The notes under the pieces: generated by a model
What the model saw: only the letters and a program-made list of their open reading frames with translations
The model's database searches: none
Told to the model about the DNA's origin: nothing
Shown here: piece by piece, positions 61,301 through 64,000 of the stretch
Layout: the number at the start of each line of letters is the position of its first letter
How positions within the stretch are numbered: position 1 is the first letter of the stretch
Made by a program: the position numbers and the translations under genes
Source of the DNA: Squalus acanthias
Lineage: Eukaryota
DNA length: 64,000 nt
Assembly: GCA_030390025.1 (NCBI GenBank)
Contig: CM059443.1
Location: forward strand, 25,296,001 to 25,360,000
Reading direction: 5' to 3'

Positions 61301-63688
61301 CCGCGATCTCTCACTGCGCGCTGGCTTTTTCAGTCCGAGCTCGCACGAACTTGATGTTCTGGACAGCAGCAGGTGTAGTTAATTCGTGCGAGCTGTGGGA
61401 TCACGTGACTCAGCTAGAGCCAATGGCAGCACACCATCTTTCATTCATAGCTTTCACAGCACGGCTGTGAAAGCTATGAATACTATACCCCCCCAAAAGA
61501 ACAGCTAAACCTCAATTAAATTAAAAAAAAACCATCACATTAATAAAATAAGTATAGTTACATAAATTAACCATTTTAAACAAAAAATTTAATTTTTGAA
61601 AATTTTTTAAATCTTTTAAAAAGTTATAAAAATAAACTTACCTGTCTTTAAAGTCTCTAAAAAAGATATACCTGTTAAAAAAAATTCAAAATAATACTTA
61701 ATTAAGTACTTACCTTGTTAAAAGAGGGTCTTACGCCTCCTTTCTTTATGTCTAAAATCTTCCATGCTTACCTGCGCGTCCAAAGCACTAAGTGCACTGC
61801 GTGCGTGCAGCCTGTAGCGCGCACGCGGTTCACCTAGGAACCGCCCCCTTTTGAATTCACCAAGTGCCGGTTTTCAGCGCATGCGCAGTGCATGCAGAAA
61901 ACCGGCAATTGGAGACAGAATACGCGAGAGTACACAGTGTGTACTCTCGCGTAGCGGCACTAATTTTTGGGACAATATCTTAATCCTGCCCCCTTACTTC
62001 GGAAGCATGATTTTCCACACCAGCCATTCTCAGAACCCACTGCTAATTTGTTGCAAATTTGTACAGAATTATGGGCAAGTTTCTAGGAACTAGGAACCGG
62101 GGAGACGCTACAAAGTCAAATTTCTTCTTAAAGGTAGAAGAGAAACTTTCGTCCCATTAGTCTGAGCTGAATTCAAATGCAAGTTGCAGAAGTAAAAGGC
62201 CAATAGACTAACCCTGCACAGTCCACCCTATAAACTATTGCTGCATAATGTCTCACTGCTACTATGCTACTATGGCTATAAATTCCTATTTGGACAATGA
62301 GGAATAGCTATAGGCAGGCACAGCACCAGCTCTGTGTCACTTGAGATGTCGAGCACTCCCTAGCATCAGTGAGAGTGAGTCCAAGAGTTTGACTTAATTG
62401 GTTTTAATTCTGTAGGGTGAAGACATTAAATGGGTAGTAAGTTATACATTTTAATGTGATGCATTCATTTAAACTTGATTATTTGCGTTTTTTTTTAAAG
62501 AAATCATATTTTAATATTATTAGAATGGTCTGCCTCAATCCATCAGACAAATATAATTTGTGCATTGTATTTGCTCTGTACAATGTGGTGCCTTGGTAAA
62601 TAAATCAGCCTGCAACTTGATGCAAACTCACAGCTGCAGCATCTTCAGGCTGCCCAAATCAAAAATAGATTTTTCTGGCTGATGAGGAGGAGCAATTCTC
62701 CGCTTTTCATTTTCTTTTTTTTTTGGGGGGGGGGGGGGCGGTGGGGGGAGAGAAATATGTTTAAAGCCCACTTTTGTAAAGTATTCCATAATAGTCTACA
62801 GGTTGCCAGCAGTAGAATCACAGTATCATCAATTCTGCTGTTCATAATTCATGTAAAAAAAAATCCTGCCCATTTAATTATTATAAATAGTAACAGAAAC
62901 ATATTATTGCCCCAATTTTAACTCCAGGTGGATTCCCCAACTCAGGCCTGAGCTAAAATTACAGTCGGGTCTCAAAGATGTCATCGGGCCGCAACATGTT
63001 GGCTCCGGACATGTGTCGTTGCTGCCTGCTCAGAAGAGCAGGTTAAAATTGCAGATGTTGCGATCATGGCGGCTTTCGGACAGGTAAGAGCCAGGGCGAT
63101 TTTAACTGCCCAGCCGCCAGGTTTCTGCTGAGCAAGTAGGGTTAAAATCGCTCCTATAAAATCCATGGATTATATAAATGCAATAATATGCTGGAATAAA
63201 TTAATTTAATAACACTCCATTTTAATTGATTTGGGGTGTAAATTTGCATACACTAAAAAATTAATATTCCCATGGTATTATGATGTTTCAGTGCTGTCCA
63301 CAATGTTGGTATATAATTACTTAGTACTCCAAACAATTGATAGTCCAGTCACCATGGGATTATTACCTTGTTAGATCTTTTTATTATTGAGCCAATGTCA
63401 ACACATAGATAGGAAAGAGGAATAATCGTATTAAAGATGCTGCTGAAAAGTCCTGATGTACTAATAACACAGCATACTTACACTAATACATTGCATTCAG
63501 TGTCTAACGCACTCAAAAGAAGCCCACTGATCTGTAAGGAATATATCCATACCTGTGGCACTAGCATAGACAACTCGTGCAAATGGTAGTCTATTTTGCA
63601 GCTCGAGGACAGCCAGGCCTGTTTTGGTGGATTTGGTACTGCCATTCACACAGACATTTTTTGCTTTGTGACATTCATCAAATACAAT
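16028..63688 (-). CDS. SBNO2: Protein strawberry notch homolog 2; 5'-partial, 21 exons, 2790 nt (929 aa plus stop)
   Basis: DECH and ASAT helicase-like motifs, [35 protein letters not shown]2-type [16 protein letters not shown] and C-terminal RQSVIQF. All exon phases join in frame. Convergent with GPX4 as in human. Confidence 0.94.
16655..16900 (+). mobile_element. Degenerate tRNA-derived SINE of the same family as 43426-43905
   Basis: gtggttatgttactggacta...gggttcaaatc...tgaccatgaaa...ctggttcactaat. Confidence 0.65.
18291..18481 (-). CDS. SBNO2: SBNO2 exon: [63 protein letters not shown](G)
   Basis: 191 nt, CAG and GTGAGT flanks. Confidence 0.95.
19251..19663. mobile_element. Tc1/mariner-pogo (Tigger-like) MITE, copy 1
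   Basis: Perfect 24-bp TIR caggaaactttcgtttatccggca with a TA target duplication on both sides. Confidence 0.92.
20232..20308 (-). CDS. SBNO2: SBNO2 exon: [25 protein letters not shown](W)
   Basis: 77 nt, TAG and GTAAGG flanks. Confidence 0.93.
20870..21882 (+). mobile_element. 5'-truncated L2-clade LINE
   Basis: [32 protein letters not shown] and LHWL motifs with frameshifts; (GTT)n tail. Confidence 0.9.
21931..22056. repeat. Imperfect long inverted repeat (hairpin or MITE-like)
   Basis: aacccctcgttatactgtgattttt pairs with aaaaatcacagtacaatgaggggtt around an inner acagcc/ggctgt stem. Confidence 0.8.
22504..22635 (-). CDS. SBNO2: SBNO2 exon: [44 protein letters not shown]
   Basis: 132 nt, CAG and GTGAGT flanks. 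Confidence 0.94.
22910..23228. mobile_element. Tigger-like MITE with an internal perfect 26-bp inverted repeat
   Basis: TIR caggttgagcg..aatccgg (20/23 match) and a left TA flank; internal IR 22987-23012 pairs with 23035-23060. Confidence 0.85.
24135..24227 (-). CDS. SBNO2: SBNO2 exon: [31 protein letters not shown]
   Basis: 93 nt, TAG and GTTAGT flanks. Confidence 0.94.
24972..27330 (-). mobile_element. CR1 LINE with ORF1 (Zn finger, leucine zipper, SGNH esterase) joined by an internal deletion to the RT-containing ORF2 3' half
   Basis: CSSC..CRKC and [12 protein letters not shown]; GDS, HIGTND and DGLH esterase blocks; [19 protein letters not shown] and FADDTK RT motifs. Confidence 0.92.
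27555..28500 (-). mobile_element. Degenerate 5'-truncated CR1-group LINE
   Basis: FADDCTV, WQVTF and [12 protein letters not shown] motifs across broken frames; tail shared with the SINE at 43426. Confidence 0.85.
28700..28794 (-). CDS. SBNO2: SBNO2 exon: (D)[31 protein letters not shown]
   Basis: 95 nt, CAG and GTAAAT flanks. Confidence 0.95.
29890..30033 (-). CDS. SBNO2: SBNO2 exon: (D)[47 protein letters not shown]
   Basis: 144 nt, CAG and GTACGG flanks. Confidence 0.95.
31445..31985. mobile_element. Non-autonomous DNA transposon with a 15-bp TIR and 3-bp TSD (Harbinger-like)
   Basis: agggccgattttaac and gttaaaatcagacct match at 13/15; AAT on both flanks. Confidence 0.7.
32329..32403 (-). 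CDS. SBNO2: SBNO2 exon: (D)[24 protein letters not shown]
   Basis: 75 nt, CAG and GTGAGA flanks. Confidence 0.92.
32658..32766 (-). CDS. SBNO2: SBNO2 exon: [36 protein letters not shown]
   Basis: 109 nt, TAG and GTAAGA flanks. Confidence 0.92.
34155..34385 (+). mobile_element. CR1 3' end fragment
   Basis: aacttctttacccagagagtggtgagaatgtggaact...gggccgaatggcctgtttctgtgctgta. Confidence 0.8.
34463..34534 (-). CDS. SBNO2: SBNO2 exon: [24 protein letters not shown]
   Basis: 72 nt, TAG and GTAGTA flanks. Confidence 0.95.
35678..35790 (-). CDS. SBNO2: SBNO2 exon: [37 protein letters not shown]
   Basis: 113 nt, CAG and GTAATC flanks. Confidence 0.95.
36420..36555 (-). CDS. SBNO2: SBNO2 exon: [45 protein letters not shown](G)
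   Basis: 136 nt, AAG acceptor, GTAAGT donor. Confidence 0.95.
37371..37502 (-). CDS. SBNO2: SBNO2 exon: [44 protein letters not shown]
   Basis: 132 nt, TAG and GTAGGT flanks. Confidence 0.95.
38051..38996 (-). mobile_element. 5'-truncated RTE-clade LINE with a 10-bp TSD
   Basis: Uninterrupted 286-aa ORF ([19 protein letters not shown]-terminal CPTC..HLRTH zinc finger), AAG tail, and TSD AGAATAACAT at 38041-38050 and 38997-39006. Confidence 0.93.
39820..40425. mobile_element. Two copies of one SINE-like family in inverted, tail-to-tail orientation (about 39820-40050 +, 40095-40425 -)
   Basis: cagtgacccctgct...ggtgaggacagga...caggagag versus ctctcctg...ctgtcctcatcc...gagttactgga. Other decayed copies lie at about 5040-5430, 34770-35085, 47770-48080 and 49660-50460. 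Confidence 0.65.
40467..40588 (-). CDS. SBNO2: SBNO2 exon: (D)[40 protein letters not shown]
   Basis: 122 nt, TAG and GTAATT flanks; [11 protein letters not shown] motif. Confidence 0.9.
41410..43121 (+). mobile_element. Young 5'-truncated CR1 LINE with an uninterrupted RT ORF (41408-42883, 491 aa)
   Basis: [28 protein letters not shown] and FADDTK motifs; (TTCTTATG)3 tail. Confidence 0.95.
43426..43905 (+). mobile_element. tRNA-derived SINE with a LINE-derived tail
   Basis: A box tagcatagtgg and B box gttcaaatcc; tail matches 27555-27680 (minus) and 11890-12010; ends in an A run. Confidence 0.85.
44924..44941 (-). CDS. SBNO2: Candidate 18-nt frame-preserving SBNO2 microexon (VSVVPK)
   Basis: ttttccatatag acceptor, AAG/GTAAAG donor, phase 1-1, 87-nt upstream intron. 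Confidence 0.5.
45029..45238 (-). CDS. SBNO2: SBNO2 exon: [69 protein letters not shown]
   Basis: 210 nt acidic Ser/Asp-rich exon with a CAG acceptor. The AAG/GTACCA donor is weak, but read-through meets a stop at 45018. Confidence 0.85.
46037..46665. mobile_element. GC-rich non-autonomous DNA transposon-like element
   Basis: agaaattgg and ccaatttct inverted termini, degenerate. Confidence 0.5.
48535..48617 (-). CDS. SBNO2: SBNO2 exon: [27 protein letters not shown](R), with a basic NLS-like stretch
   Basis: 83 nt, CAG and GTAAGA flanks. Confidence 0.93.
49736..50160. mobile_element. Same MITE family, copy 2, nested in an older SINE-like element
   Basis: Same TIR with one mismatch, TA flanks, near-identical interior. 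Confidence 0.92.
51677..51774 (-). CDS. SBNO2: SBNO2 exon: [32 protein letters not shown](V)
   Basis: 98 nt, CAG and GTAAGT flanks. Confidence 0.95.
51985..52190 (+). mobile_element. CR1 3' end fragment
   Basis: agatcagccatgatctaatt..atggcagaacaggcttgagg...aatggcctactcc. Confidence 0.75.
52905..53081 (-). CDS. SBNO2: SBNO2 exon: [59 protein letters not shown]
   Basis: 177 nt, CAG and GTGAGA flanks. Confidence 0.95.
54753..54903. mobile_element. Short palindromic MITE
   Basis: Perfect 21-bp TIR gggggtaattttcaccttcac, extended by about 25 bp of imperfect pairing. Confidence 0.8.
55066..55219 (-). CDS. SBNO2: SBNO2 exon: [51 protein letters not shown]
   Basis: 154 nt, AG and GTAAGG flanks; overlaps ORF 54982-55215. 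Confidence 0.95.
56125..56570 (+). mobile_element. DeuSINE-like element (tRNA head, Deu core, L2-type tail)
   Basis: gcagtactgagg...gtctttctgatgagatgttaaactgagg...aaagatcccatggcact...ggtgtcctggccaa resembles the recalled Deu domain. The tail ctatataaatgcaagtt is shared with the L2 here. Further fragments at about 56945-57040, 60815-60920 (-) and 63770-63945 (-). Confidence 0.7.
57140..57770 (-). mobile_element. Highly degenerate CR1 fragment
   Basis: atcaggtcacctcgcaacct, gtcatcagcaaattttga (FADD on the minus strand) and accttatcaaa. Confidence 0.7.
58575..58609 (+). ncRNA. Second minimal hammerhead ribozyme in a solo Penelope terminal fragment (about 58575-58655)
   Basis: gtt-CTGATGA-a-aggt(catcc)acct-GAAA-CG-TT-aac, followed by the same gatgct...ctgctgag...tttcc tail seen at about 1890-1930. 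Confidence 0.75.
59040..59260 (+). mobile_element. L2 3' UTR and tail fragment
   Basis: Matches 21670-21882, including the (GTT)n tail. Confidence 0.8.
59888..59993 (-). CDS. SBNO2: SBNO2 exon: [34 protein letters not shown](R)
   Basis: AG and GTGAGT flanks, 106 nt. Confidence 0.95.
61254..61974. mobile_element. TIR element rich in internal palindromes with an AT-rich core
   Basis: TIR tggcccaaaaattagtg and cactaatttttgggaca match at 16/17; several perfect internal IRs. Confidence 0.75.
63553..63688 (-). CDS. SBNO2: SBNO2 exon: [45 protein letters not shown](G)
   Basis: AG/GT flanks, 136 nt, DECH box. Confidence 0.95.
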
Positions 63689-64000
63689 CTAAGAGGCAAA
63701 AAAAAGTCAAGGAAAATCCAAAAAATCCTAAAGAATTATTGTTTTCATGATCAGAAAGACCAAAGGATTTGTATTTATTTAGCACCTTGTCACATATCTT
63801 AAAAAAAAGCCTCAAAACACATCAATGAATGAATCTGAAGTGCAGTGACTAGTGTCATATGGGTAGGTAAACAGGCACTCATTTTGCACAGCAAGATCCC
63901 ACAAACACAATGAGATGAATGACCAGTTTATCTTTCTTTTTGGTACAGCGTTGACAGAAGCTTGTGTTTGCCTCGACATCAATGGAACCAAAAGAACTGA

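Overview
Vertebrate nuclear genomic DNA, AT-rich and repeat-dense. The repeat families point to a cartilaginous fish (shark); this is inference. Two convergent, tail-to-tail intron-containing genes are both cut off at their 5' ends by the window. On the + strand are the last five coding exons of the selenoprotein GPX4 (2834-8218), with an in-frame Sec TGA at 2871-2873 and a SECIS at about 8278-8357. On the - strand are 21 coding exons of SBNO2 (63688 down to 16028, 2790 nt, one open frame) plus a candidate 18-nt microexon and a 3' UTR of about 3.8 kb. GPX4 and SBNO2 are also convergent neighbours in human. Almost all long ORFs in the supplied track are transposon-derived (CR1, L2, RTE, Penelope) or spurious. 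The most interesting observations are a candidate cryptic GPX4 exon that would encode Gly-Cys-Sec-Gly, two minimal hammerhead ribozymes in Penelope termini, an SBNO2 microexon, an SBNO1-like segment retained in SBNO2, and an esterase-bearing CR1 with an internal deletion. All calls come from manual reading and recalled family knowledge; no database searches were run, and repeat boundaries are approximate.
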